This document shows, piece after piece, positions 19,069-27,610 of a stretch of DNA of 64,000 bases. The position numbers were made by a program, and so were the translations under genes. Position 1 is the first letter of the stretch; each line of letters starts with the position of its first letter. The notes beneath the pieces are model-generated. The model was not told the origin of the DNA, did not search any database, and was given only the letters and a program-made list of their open reading frames with translations. The stretch comes from Candidatus Latescibacterota bacterium (GTDB lineage Bacteria > Latescibacterota > UBA2968 > UBA8231), in NCBI GenBank assembly GCA_965206595.1, contig OZ242214.1:672001-736000 (forward strand), written 5' to 3'.

Positions 19069-20208
19069 TCACGGCTCGAGATGCCAGAACAACCCGTTGA
19101 CCGCCAGTTCATCCCCCCCGCCGGGATACCAGCCGTACGCGGTGAGAAAATGGCGCGGCTCGAACTCGATGGTCGGGGTCGTGAAGGAATGGCCCGGGGG
19201 ATCGGGCACGAGCACGAACTTCCGCGCGGCGAGCAGCTCGGCGGTGCCCTCGGCGCTGCCGTCCTGCCAGGTGCCGGCCCCGTCCAGGCTGACGCGGGCG
19301 ACGACGCTGCGGTCCCGGTACCCGCCCGAGTGCGTGATTACGACGGTACGGCTGGGAGCGAAACAAACATTCCCGCGGTGTCCATACCAGTTGGTCCACC
19401 CCGCCGCCGCGAAGGTGCGGCCGGCGTCGCTCGATTCGAAAAGGACGCCCTGTTTGATCGCCGGCCCGGGATTCCCCGTCCTCGCCAGGAACTCGTCCGG
19501 GTCCTCGTTGGGTACGGAGGCCCGCTGGCAGCGCGCCATCAGCAGGATGCGCTCCCCGTCGCCGGGATCGACGGCGAGGTTGGACTCGTGGGGGTTGAGA
19601 AAGGGATCGACCCGGGAGGCATCCCCCCAGGTACGGCCGCGGTCGCTGCTGCGCAGGATCAGATCCCCGAAGAGGTCTCCGGGCCGCCCGCCGTACGCCT
19701 CTTGGGAAGCAGAAGGGAAGCGGTCAGCGTAAGCGGGGGCGGGAACGACCGTCGTCGAAAACATCAGGGTGCCGTCGGGCAACTCGACGAAGGTGCGGTT
19801 TCCGTCTTCGTGAAAGCAGAGGTTGGGAATGCCGGGCGGGATTGTGCTGAAGTCGGTGGCCGACCGCTGCCAGGTGACCCCCCCGTCCGCCGAGTGCGAG
19901 ACGTGGAGGTCCTGGCCGTACAGCCCTCCGGGGTACTCACGGTCGGAGCTGTGGCTCAGCCACAGGCGGCCGTCCCGGCCGGTGCCGATGCCGTGCAGAA
20001 CCTGCGGGTGGGCGAGATCCGGCATCTCCACCGGGACCGGGGTCCACGAACGGCCCCGGTCCGCGCTCCGGTAAAGGGGGCCGGTCTGGGTGTTGAGGTA
20101 GACGGCGCCATCCGGGTGCCGGGCCATGCTCATCATCGACCGCTTCAGAACCCCGGGCGGGACTATCTCGACTTCGCCGTCGAGGACGACGGCAACCGGG
20201 CCGTTCAC
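19069..20208 (-). CDS. Sialidase/BNR (Asp-box) repeat protein
   Basis: Asp-boxes SADRGRSW, SADGGVTW, SSDRGRTW, SSDAGRTF, SLDGAGTW; GTG start after GAGGAG. Confidence 0.8.
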   Translation of the reverse strand: MNGPVAVVLDGEVEIVPPGVLKRSMMSMARHPDGAVYLNTQTGPLYRSADRGRSWTPVPVEMPDLAHPQVLHGIGTGRDGRLWLSHSSDREYPGGLYGQDLHVSHSADGGVTWQRSATDFSTIPPGIPNLCFHEDGNRTFVELPDGTLMFSTTVVPAPAYADRFPSASQEAYGGRPGDLFGDLILRSSDRGRTWGDASRVDPFLNPHESNLAVDPGDGERILLMARCQRASVPNEDPDEFLARTGNPGPAIKQGVLFESSDAGRTFAAAGWTNWYGHRGNVCFAPSRTVVITHSGGYRDRSVVARVSLDGAGTWQDGSAEGTAELLAARKFVLVPDPPGHSFTTPTIEFEPRHFLTAYGWYPGGGDELAVNGLFWHLEP

Positions 20209-20523
20209 TTCTCCTCTTCTCTCATTCGATGGCGCGGGTACGTCCCTCACCGTGCCGCTTGTTCGGGTTCGTTCCTGGAATGGGGAATCAAATCCCCCTG
20301 GCCCCAGCCCGTTTTCCGGGGCGGAACCGGTGCGGGTTAATACTTGGAAGGGGGATCAACCCCCCTTGGCTCCAGACCACTTTCCGGTGGGCCGGGAACG
20401 GAGGGAAAGGACGCTGTTTCACAGGGCGGGTGCGAGCCGCGGTCAGGGCGCAACCGGCTCTTCGGGCACCCCGGTAGCCATTCGGTTACCTTGCCGGGAA
20501 AGAGCGCGAAAGGACGCGACACG

Positions 20524-20950
20524 ATGAAGACGATCCTGTTTCTCGACGACTGGATGCTCGATTCCAAACGCAACATCGCGCGGCGGTTCTGCAACCCCGA
20601 ACTGCTCGCCGCCGAACTCACGCTCGAAGGCTCCGCCGCGGGCGCAGAGGAGCTGGCCGGGCAGACCTCGGTATATCCGAACTACCTCCGGGATCCGGCA
20701 GCCGCTCATACCGCGGCGGCCGCTGGGCGAGTTCGGCAGCGAGCAGCTCTACACCTCGTCGATGGTGGAGACGGCGGACGGCTCGCTGCGGTTCTACACC
20801 CTCGGGGACATCGGCGAGCACGGTGAGCTGGAAGGAAGGCCGGGGGCTGGAGGAGTTCACGGGAAAGCCGGTGCGCCTGGAGTTCCAGCTTTTCCAGGCG
20901 CAGGTGTACGCCCTGCACTGGGACTTCCGGATCCGCTACGGCGACCCGAT
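20524..20950 (+). pseudogene. Heavily deleted paralogue of the 12692..14131 gene
   Basis: MKTILFLDDW and MVETADGSLRFYTLGDIGEHG fragments in different frames resemble segments of that protein. Confidence 0.55.
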
Positions 20951-21059
20951 CATCGAGAAGATCTGATCCGGACGGGGGCGGCCGTCGGTTCATCCGAGAG
21001 GAAGAAGCAGCCCCCCCAAATCCCGGGCCCCGGGCGCGCAACCCTGGTCGGGGAAACGG

Positions 21060-21264
21060 CAGCCCAGTCGGCATCGACCTCGGGGTCGTCGAGCAGGTCG
21101 CGGTAGTCGGTGTACGACTTCGCCGCCCCCCATGGCGCGGCGCGCTCGCGGGCGCGTTCCCCGTCGACATCGCAGACGGCGCTAAGCTCGGCGTTGGCGT
21201 ACCCGAGGGCGTGAAGCCTGGCGATGTTGCCGGCCCCGATGATGCCGACGCGGACCTTGCTCAT
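21060..21264 (-). pseudogene. Truncated Gfo/Idh/MocA oxidoreductase (N-terminal Rossmann fragment)
   Basis: KVRVGIIGAGNIA...YTDYRDLLDDPEVDA, then similarity is lost. Confidence 0.75.
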
Positions 21265-21282
21265 GCCGGCGTCAGGGCGCCC

Positions 21283-22071
21283 TCAAACGAGGTACTCCCC
21301 CGGTATGCGCGAACCCTCGTACTCCGCCTCGGGACCCCGGTTCGCGATGACCTCGGGGATCTCCCCCTCCCAGTTCTCCGGCACGGTCAGCGGCCGGCGG
21401 TGCCAGGCCAGGATCAGGGTGCGGCGCACGTCGGTCAGGTTGCGGTGCGCCGAGTGCAGGAGGCGGGCGTCGGCTATGGTAAGCGACCCGGCCTTCACCA
21501 TCACGTCCAACTGGTCGGGGTGGTCGCTGAACATGACCGGGTGGTCCTCGTCGATGAAGCGGGCCCCCTTCTCGTGGGCCGGAACCAGCTGGTCGTGCAG
21601 CTCGTGGCGCCGCAGGTGCGACCCGGGGATCACCTTGAGGCAGCCGTTCTCGACCGAGGTGTCGGACAGGTAGTACGACAGGAACACGATCTGCGGCCAC
21701 GGGGAGCAGCTGAACGGGTCGTTCCACTGCATCCAGTCCTGGTGCCAGTAGAGGGCCGGCTCCCCGGGATCCTTGGTCAGGATGATGATTCCCCCGGTGC
21801 TCTCGAAGTCGCCGAAGCCGAGCTGCTCCAGCACCCGGCGCGAGGCCGGCCACTCGAGCAGCCGCCGTATCACCTCGTTGTCGCTGCCCTGGGCGACGAC
21901 GTGCTGCCCCTGGTAGCGGAACTCCTCGGCCATGACGTGGTGCTCCATCAGCCGGTCCGACTCGTCGCGCAGCTCCTGCAGGAATTCATCCGTCAGCACA
22001 TCGTCTACCACGCAGCAGCCATCGCGTATCATCTGCCGGCGCTTCGCCGCGGCCTCTTCCGGTGTCATCAT
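21283..22071 (-). CDS. Phytanoyl-CoA dioxygenase family (Fe/2OG)
   Basis: WHQD, NGCLKVIPGSH, LLHSA..N..R. Confidence 0.9.
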   Translation of the reverse strand: MMTPEEAAAKRRQMIRDGCCVVDDVLTDEFLQELRDESDRLMEHHVMAEEFRYQGQHVVAQGSDNEVIRRLLEWPASRRVLEQLGFGDFESTGGIIILTKDPGEPALYWHQDWMQWNDPFSCSPWPQIVFLSYYLSDTSVENGCLKVIPGSHLRRHELHDQLVPAHEKGARFIDEDHPVMFSDHPDQLDVMVKAGSLTIADARLLHSAHRNLTDVRRTLILAWHRRPLTVPENWEGEIPEVIANRGPEAEYEGSRIPGEYLV

Positions 22072-22195
22072 CAAGCTCTCCTTCCCGGTTCGGTTTCGGG
22101 GGCTCAAAATCGCCATTTGCAGCGGCGCAAACCAGCGGGGATATTTGCCGCATCAGACCCCCGAAAACCTCCACTCGACACCGGAGAAACCCGTC

Positions 22196-23833
22196 ATGCC
22201 CTCTTCCCGGACCGAGGCCGTCCTGCTCGACGACGAGCAGATGCGCGGCTACATCGCCAACGGCTACATCAAGATCGACCTCTCCGTGCCCGCGGAGGTG
22301 CACGAGGCGATCGCCGTCAAGCTCGACCGCATGCTCGAGCTGGGACCGAACCTCGGCAACAACCTGCTGCCCCATACCCCGGAGTTCCGCCACGTCCTCA
22401 ATTGCCCGGAGGTGCGCGGGGCGCTGAGCAGCCTGCTGGGACCCGACTACATCGAGCACCCGCACCGGTACTGCCACAACATGGCCCCCTTCGACGAGGC
22501 CCCCGAGGACATCGCCGCGGCGGTCGGCCAGCGCTGCCACCAGGATTCGTACACGCCGATGTCGCGGCCGCGGCAGCACTATCCCCGCTACGCCCGCATC
22601 ATCTACTACCCCCGGGCGACGCCGGAGAAGCACGGGCCGACGCACGTCACCCCGGGCTCGCAGTTCCACAAGACGGTCACCGGCGAGGACCGCGCCGCGG
22701 CCCTCCCGATGGCGGGGCCGGCCGGCTCCCTGTGGATCACCCACTTCGACGTCATCCACGGCGCCGGGATCAACCTGTCGGACCGGACGCGGAACATGAT
22801 CAAGTTCATCTACCTGCGCCGCGGCGGGCTGAAGGGTCCTGCCTGGAAGTGCCAGGACCTCCAGTGGAAGAGCCCCGAGAACCTCCAGGCGCCGTGGGAT
22901 CTCGAGGTCGCCTGGTCGCACATGTGGGACTGGATGTGCGGCAAGGAGGACCGCTGGGACAGCTTCCGGTCCGCCCACGGAAACGTGAACGGCAACGGCG
23001 AGGACCTGGCCGCGGCCCTGGAAGGGGACCGGCCCACCGCCGAGATGCTGGCCGTTATCCACCGGGCCGCGGCCCTGGGACCGCGCGCCGCCGGTGCGGT
23101 GCCGGCCCTGATCGGGCTCCTCAACGGGGGGCACCAGGCCGTGCGCGCCGCGGCCACCTACGCGCTGGGCGCCATCGGGGAGCCCGCGGTGCCCGGGCTG
23201 GTTTCGAGACTGGAAGAGGCCGGACGCCGCGGCTGGGTCGAGGGGGAACCGGCGACCTGGGGAGAGGGAACCGTGCAGATGATGGACGAGGCCCACGCCC
23301 TCGGGGCCGCCGGCAAGCCCGCGATCGCCGCGCTGACCGGGCTGCTCGAGTCCGCGGGGGAGTGGGGACGGATCAACGCCGCCTTCGCCCTCGGGGAGAT
23401 GGACTCGAGGGCGGCCGAGGCGGTGCCGGCCCTGAGCCGCTGCCTCGAGGACGACTCGCACCGCATCGTGCGCACCGCAATCGACGCCCTCGGAATGATC
23501 GGGGAGGACCCCGGCCGCTACCTGCCGCGCCTGCGCCGGTTCCTCGTCGAGACCCGCCCCGACTGGGGGGAGGTGCTGACCGGAAAGCGGGCCTGGATCG
23601 CCCGCGACCAGGTGCGCGTCAACGCCGCCACCGCCATGGCGCGCCTGGGGGCGCAGGCCGGCTCGGCCGAGGAGGAGCTGGTGCAGGCGCTCGACGACCC
23701 GTGCGGCTACGTCGGCCTGATGGCGACCGACGCCCTGCGCCAACTCGAATCGCCGAGCGCCAGCCAGGCGGTGACCGATCTCGTCATGGCCCAGCGCTGG
23801 GACTCGTCGCTGTACCCCGAGCGGCCCTGGTAG
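22196..23833 (+). CDS. PhyH-family dioxygenase fused to HEAT repeats
   Basis: CHQD, GPTHVTPGS, IHGA; C-terminal repeats AVPAL, AATYALGAIG, AAFALGEM. Confidence 0.85.
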   Translation: MPSSRTEAVLLDDEQMRGYIANGYIKIDLSVPAEVHEAIAVKLDRMLELGPNLGNNLLPHTPEFRHVLNCPEVRGALSSLLGPDYIEHPHRYCHNMAPFDEAPEDIAAAVGQRCHQDSYTPMSRPRQHYPRYARIIYYPRATPEKHGPTHVTPGSQFHKTVTGEDRAAALPMAGPAGSLWITHFDVIHGAGINLSDRTRNMIKFIYLRRGGLKGPAWKCQDLQWKSPENLQAPWDLEVAWSHMWDWMCGKEDRWDSFRSAHGNVNGNGEDLAAALEGDRPTAEMLAVIHRAAALGPRAAGAVPALIGLLNGGHQAVRAAATYALGAIGEPAVPGLVSRLEEAGRRGWVEGEPATWGEGTVQMMDEAHALGAAGKPAIAALTGLLESAGEWGRINAAFALGEMDSRAAEAVPALSRCLEDDSHRIVRTAIDALGMIGEDPGRYLPRLRRFLVETRPDWGEVLTGKRAWIARDQVRVNAATAMARLGAQAGSAEEELVQALDDPCGYVGLMATDALRQLESPSASQAVTDLVMAQRWDSSLYPERPW

Positions 23834-23849
23834 GCGGGCGGAGGCCGAA

Positions 23850-24668
23850 ATGCAGCTCGACGACAGCCACTACGAGGCCTTCATGGAGCAGGGGTACGTG
23901 GTGGTCGAGGGGTTCTACCCCGAGGAGATGCGGGCCCGCATAGCCGCCCTGCTCCGCCGCATCATGCCCCCGTGGGAGAAGATCAGACAGAACCCGCCCG
24001 AGGGGGGCATGCTCAGGGACGACTTCCCGTACGAGGAGCAGTACTTCAACCACCTCATCCTCGACCCCGACCTGATCGCCTTCGTGCGGCGGGTGCTCGA
24101 CGCGGAGAAGATCCACTTCCGCTACGCCCACAACTGGACCCGCTACCCCAACGGCCCGAAGGATCCCCGCCTGCACCGCGACAACGGCAACAACTCGCTG
24201 CTGCCGCCGTGCGGCGACGTCCGCTACGGGCAGATCAGCTCATGGTACTTCCCCGAGGACGTGCCGGAGGATCAGGCGCCGATGATGGTCATCCCCAAGC
24301 AGTTCGGGGACGACGCGGCCAAGGGAGTGCAGCTGGCGGTGCCGGGGGGGACGCAGATGATCTTCAACACCTACCTGTGGCACTCGGCCACCCCGTTCAT
24401 GGCGAGCGAGGGGCAGCGCTACTCGGTGACCCGGATCTACGGCCGCGCCGACCATTACTGGGAAGGGGTCCGCAGCTACACCAACCTGGGGTCGGCGGAG
24501 CATTTCCGGGAGTTCATCGGCTCGATCAGTGCCGAGCAGCGGGAGCTGTTCCGGTTTCCCCCGGTGGGGCATTCGTACTACAACGGGGAGACCCTGGCTG
24601 CGCTGGAGGAGCACTACCCGGGGTGGAACGCGGGCGGGGAGTACGCAGAAAGGGGCAACCAAAATTAG
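23850..24668 (+). CDS. Phytanoyl-CoA dioxygenase family
   Basis: FMEQGYVVVEG, LHRD, LWHSA..R. Confidence 0.8.
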   Translation: MQLDDSHYEAFMEQGYVVVEGFYPEEMRARIAALLRRIMPPWEKIRQNPPEGGMLRDDFPYEEQYFNHLILDPDLIAFVRRVLDAEKIHFRYAHNWTRYPNGPKDPRLHRDNGNNSLLPPCGDVRYGQISSWYFPEDVPEDQAPMMVIPKQFGDDAAKGVQLAVPGGTQMIFNTYLWHSATPFMASEGQRYSVTRIYGRADHYWEGVRSYTNLGSAEHFREFIGSISAEQRELFRFPPVGHSYYNGETLAALEEHYPGWNAGGEYAERGNQN

Positions 24669-24733
24669 AATTGGCAATTTGGGAAAGTGGAAATTTGTGG
24701 AGTGATCGATCATGAAATTGAGAAAAGTCAGTT

Positions 24734-25774
24734 ATGAAATATTGGTGGACTACAGGCGAGTACGCTCAACGGCAGATACGCCGTCGGGTTAAATTTGACC
24801 GTCGCGCGCGGCATGCACGAAAAAAGAAAACCAGGTTACTTCACCGACCGCCCCGATCACGACCCAGACGGTCAGGCCAAAAGGAGCTATCGCTGCCTGC
24901 ACCCAAAGAGCTTAGCCTAACAAAGAAACCCAGCGAAACTCTTGAGTACTGCGAGGTATTGCGCAAAAACCTTAACGGACGGGGGAATAGGATTTTCTTG
25001 GATCTTGGCAACGTCGAATATTTCACCAGTGATGCACTCCTTCTAATTCGAGCCATCCTTTTGAGTCCCCGTGCTCAAAACCGGTATGTCGGGGGAAATT
25101 TACCGGGTGATCCGATCGTTGCTTCGGAATTCAAGGCATCTGGTTTTTTCCATGGGTTTGAGCAGCCACCAAGTGGTCTTCCACCGGCGAGAGGACTAAT
25201 GTTGAACAAATCAGAAGACACCGTGATCGCAAGAATGGCTGGGGAATTAGTAGACTTCGCAAAGGAACACGTGGTTATGACTAGGGAATGCAAAAATGCT
25301 TGTTTTCAGACCTTGGTGGAGGTTATGACAAACACTCACGACCACGCTGGGAACAGGACATTCATAAAAAAAATGCAACTGGGTAAACGCCTAAAATGGT
25401 TTGTCTGTGTTTACTGCTTAGAAGGAACTGCCTACTTTACCTTTGCCGACCTTGGCATTGGGATTCTAAATAGCGCTCCAGCAAGGACGTTTTTACAGAG
25501 ATCAGGTGCTTCGATTTCTTCGTATGGTCGAATCAGATTATTAAAAGAAGCCTTTGAGGGAAGAATCGGCTCTGTCACGGGCAATCCAGGCAGGGGACTT
25601 GGACTTCCCAGAATGAAACAGGATGCAGAGAAAGGTAGGTTATCCGATCTAATTGTATTAACGTCTGACGTAGTCGGCTCTGTTTCTGACCTTAATTTCA
25701 GGGCCATTTCTCAACCTCTACGCGGCACATTGTTTCATTGGTGTTCCAGACCGAAGGAGTTGAATTATGAGTGA
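24734..25774 (+). CDS. STAS-like + HATPase_c (GHKL) ATP-binding protein
   Basis: IFLDLGNVEYFTSDALLL; N-box EVMTNTHDHA, G1 ADLGIGI, G2 GRGLGL, GTLF; low GC. Confidence 0.75.
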   Translation: MKYWWTTGEYAQRQIRRRVKFDRRARHARKKKTRLLHRPPRSRPRRSGQKELSLPAPKELSLTKKPSETLEYCEVLRKNLNGRGNRIFLDLGNVEYFTSDALLLIRAILLSPRAQNRYVGGNLPGDPIVASEFKASGFFHGFEQPPSGLPPARGLMLNKSEDTVIARMAGELVDFAKEHVVMTRECKNACFQTLVEVMTNTHDHAGNRTFIKKMQLGKRLKWFVCVYCLEGTAYFTFADLGIGILNSAPARTFLQRSGASISSYGRIRLLKEAFEGRIGSVTGNPGRGLGLPRMKQDAEKGRLSDLIVLTSDVVGSVSDLNFRAISQPLRGTLFHWCSRPKELNYE

Positions 25775-26129
25775 AATAATTGAAATCGAGATAGCCAAAG
25801 AGTTCACGGAATTTCCAGGCCCGCGTTACAAGCATCAGGGCAAGGGTTCTGGCCAGGAGTTTCTTGAAAATTTTTTACTTCCTGCTTTCGAGAAGGCAAA
25901 AAAAACCGGGAAACAGGTGACCATAAAACTTGATGGTGTTAAGTACGGTTACCCGACTTCGTTTCTAGAAGAAGCGTTTGGGGGGCTTGCCAGAAAATAC
26001 GAGATAGGGAAAGTTCTGGAAATTCTAATCTTTGAATCAACAGCTGAACCCATGCTCGATTTCGAAATTCGCCATTACATCAAGCATGCAAGGAAAACGC
26101 CAGGGACAAGTTTCAGGAGTGAAAAATGA
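25767..26129 (+). CDS. STAS-like domain protein (DUF4325)
   Basis: FPGPRY..G..SGQEF, IKLDGVKYGYPTSFLEEAFGGL; overlaps upstream stop. Confidence 0.85.
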   Translation: MSEIIEIEIAKEFTEFPGPRYKHQGKGSGQEFLENFLLPAFEKAKKTGKQVTIKLDGVKYGYPTSFLEEAFGGLARKYEIGKVLEILIFESTAEPMLDFEIRHYIKHARKTPGTSFRSEK

Positions 26130-26659
26130 AAAACCCTAAAAATATCCTTTTCATAGTTTGCGTGGTTATCATCTGTGCAATTTCCATGTCGTTAGTTCCG
26201 CGGCCCCATAAATTTTTGCCGGCATTTTTAAATGCGGGCACAACCGTTGTGGTTGGATGGTGGATTCATAGCGCCGTGCGCCGCAGGGGTGAACTTGAGC
26301 GAGTTCCGATCGACTACTTGGCTAATCTATATCGACGAATTGACGAGTTAACTACAGTGTGTCTAGAAGCTACAGAACAGGACTCGGAACGCTTAGTTGA
26401 ATTTCGTCGGCTTTCAAATGAGATCCATTGGTTGTGCATTATTGCGGGAAGGATGCAACCCAACTTGGGACGAGTGGGGGATAAACTTGGTTCGCATTAT
26501 GTGGATTTCAAGAGGTACCTGACCGAGAGTGATTCGCCCGATTTAGTATGGGCCTCGAAAGCAAGTCAGGAATTACGTTTAACCGCCTTAAACCTTCAAT
26601 GGAAAATGTGCCAGCATATCCTAGATCGGAAAACAGCTACCGACCTTTTTGAACATTAA
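26126..26659 (+). CDS. Hypothetical membrane protein (two N-terminal hydrophobic segments, helical C-terminus)
   Basis: ATGA overlap with DUF4325 gene; ILFIVCVVIICAISM and FLNAGTTVVVGWWI. Confidence 0.7.
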   Translation: MKNPKNILFIVCVVIICAISMSLVPRPHKFLPAFLNAGTTVVVGWWIHSAVRRRGELERVPIDYLANLYRRIDELTTVCLEATEQDSERLVEFRRLSNEIHWLCIIAGRMQPNLGRVGDKLGSHYVDFKRYLTESDSPDLVWASKASQELRLTALNLQWKMCQHILDRKTATDLFEH

Positions 26660-26831
26660 CAATGCTTTGAAGCTTAATTAAATTATCCAAGTTTAATACA
26701 TGGAGAAATCGTTACTTAATATGGAAAGATCTGTTGGATTTCTTGGAGGAATATATGCTGTATAAACAAGGATATGTGGATATGTACCACACATCGCCGG
26801 CCGACCAGTCGATCCGGTTTTGTAGTGTCAT

Positions 26832-27610
26832 ATGAACCAGAAGATTTTGCTGGAACAATTGCAGGCAGCGGCTGTTGAGTCCAATTCCGATCTAGGGGAA
26901 GTCCTTCGAAAATGCAAGCTCCTCGCTGCTAGGCTGAAAAGTCCGGAATTAGAAAATTGGTTATTGTGGGAGTCGAACGGATACCCAGATGACGCCGATC
27001 TACCGGACTACCGGGTTTGGCCTGTGGAAGTGAAGGGTCACTTTGTCGGACCCTTTGGCACTGGAATTCCCAACGCAACTGTTCCAGAAATCACCATTCC
27101 AGAAGTGCACCGAGAGGCTGCAACTAGATATGAATGTCGTCAAAGCGTAGCAACAATTTCCTCGCTTCTGGCAGATCTCGAGGGCGGTACGTTTCATAGT
27201 AGGAAAAGGAAATCTGGCAGTCATTTTAGGGGACAAGGTTTTTAATGGGCAGAACTGCATCAAAGCCCGGGGCGAATTTGGGAAGTCCCATTTCACCGAG
27301 ATTTTAAACAGTGTACGAAACCGTATTCTGGATTTTGTTTTAGCCATCGAGAGAGAATATGGTGTCGGGGCAAACATGGAAAATTCGGCAACAATAGACC
27401 CACACAAGGTTACTCAGATATTTAATGCCACTGTTTACGGAGGTGCAGCGAATATTGTTGGAATTTCCCGTGGTACAGGTGTATTTCAGGGACTGGGTTC
27501 CGGAGACCTGGACGCGCTCAGTGAAGTGCTGGCATCATCTGGAGTACCAACACAGGACCTCGCGGAATTACGCAAAGCCATTGAGGCTGATCCGGCGCCG
27601 GAGGACGCTA
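26832..27610 (+). pseudogene. AbiTii-domain protein, +1 frameshift and 3' truncation
   Basis: LRKCKLLAARL..LENW..ESNGY..LPDYR; removing one T at 27192-27194 continues as FIVGKGNL..ILNSVRNRILDF..TVYGG. Confidence 0.75.
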
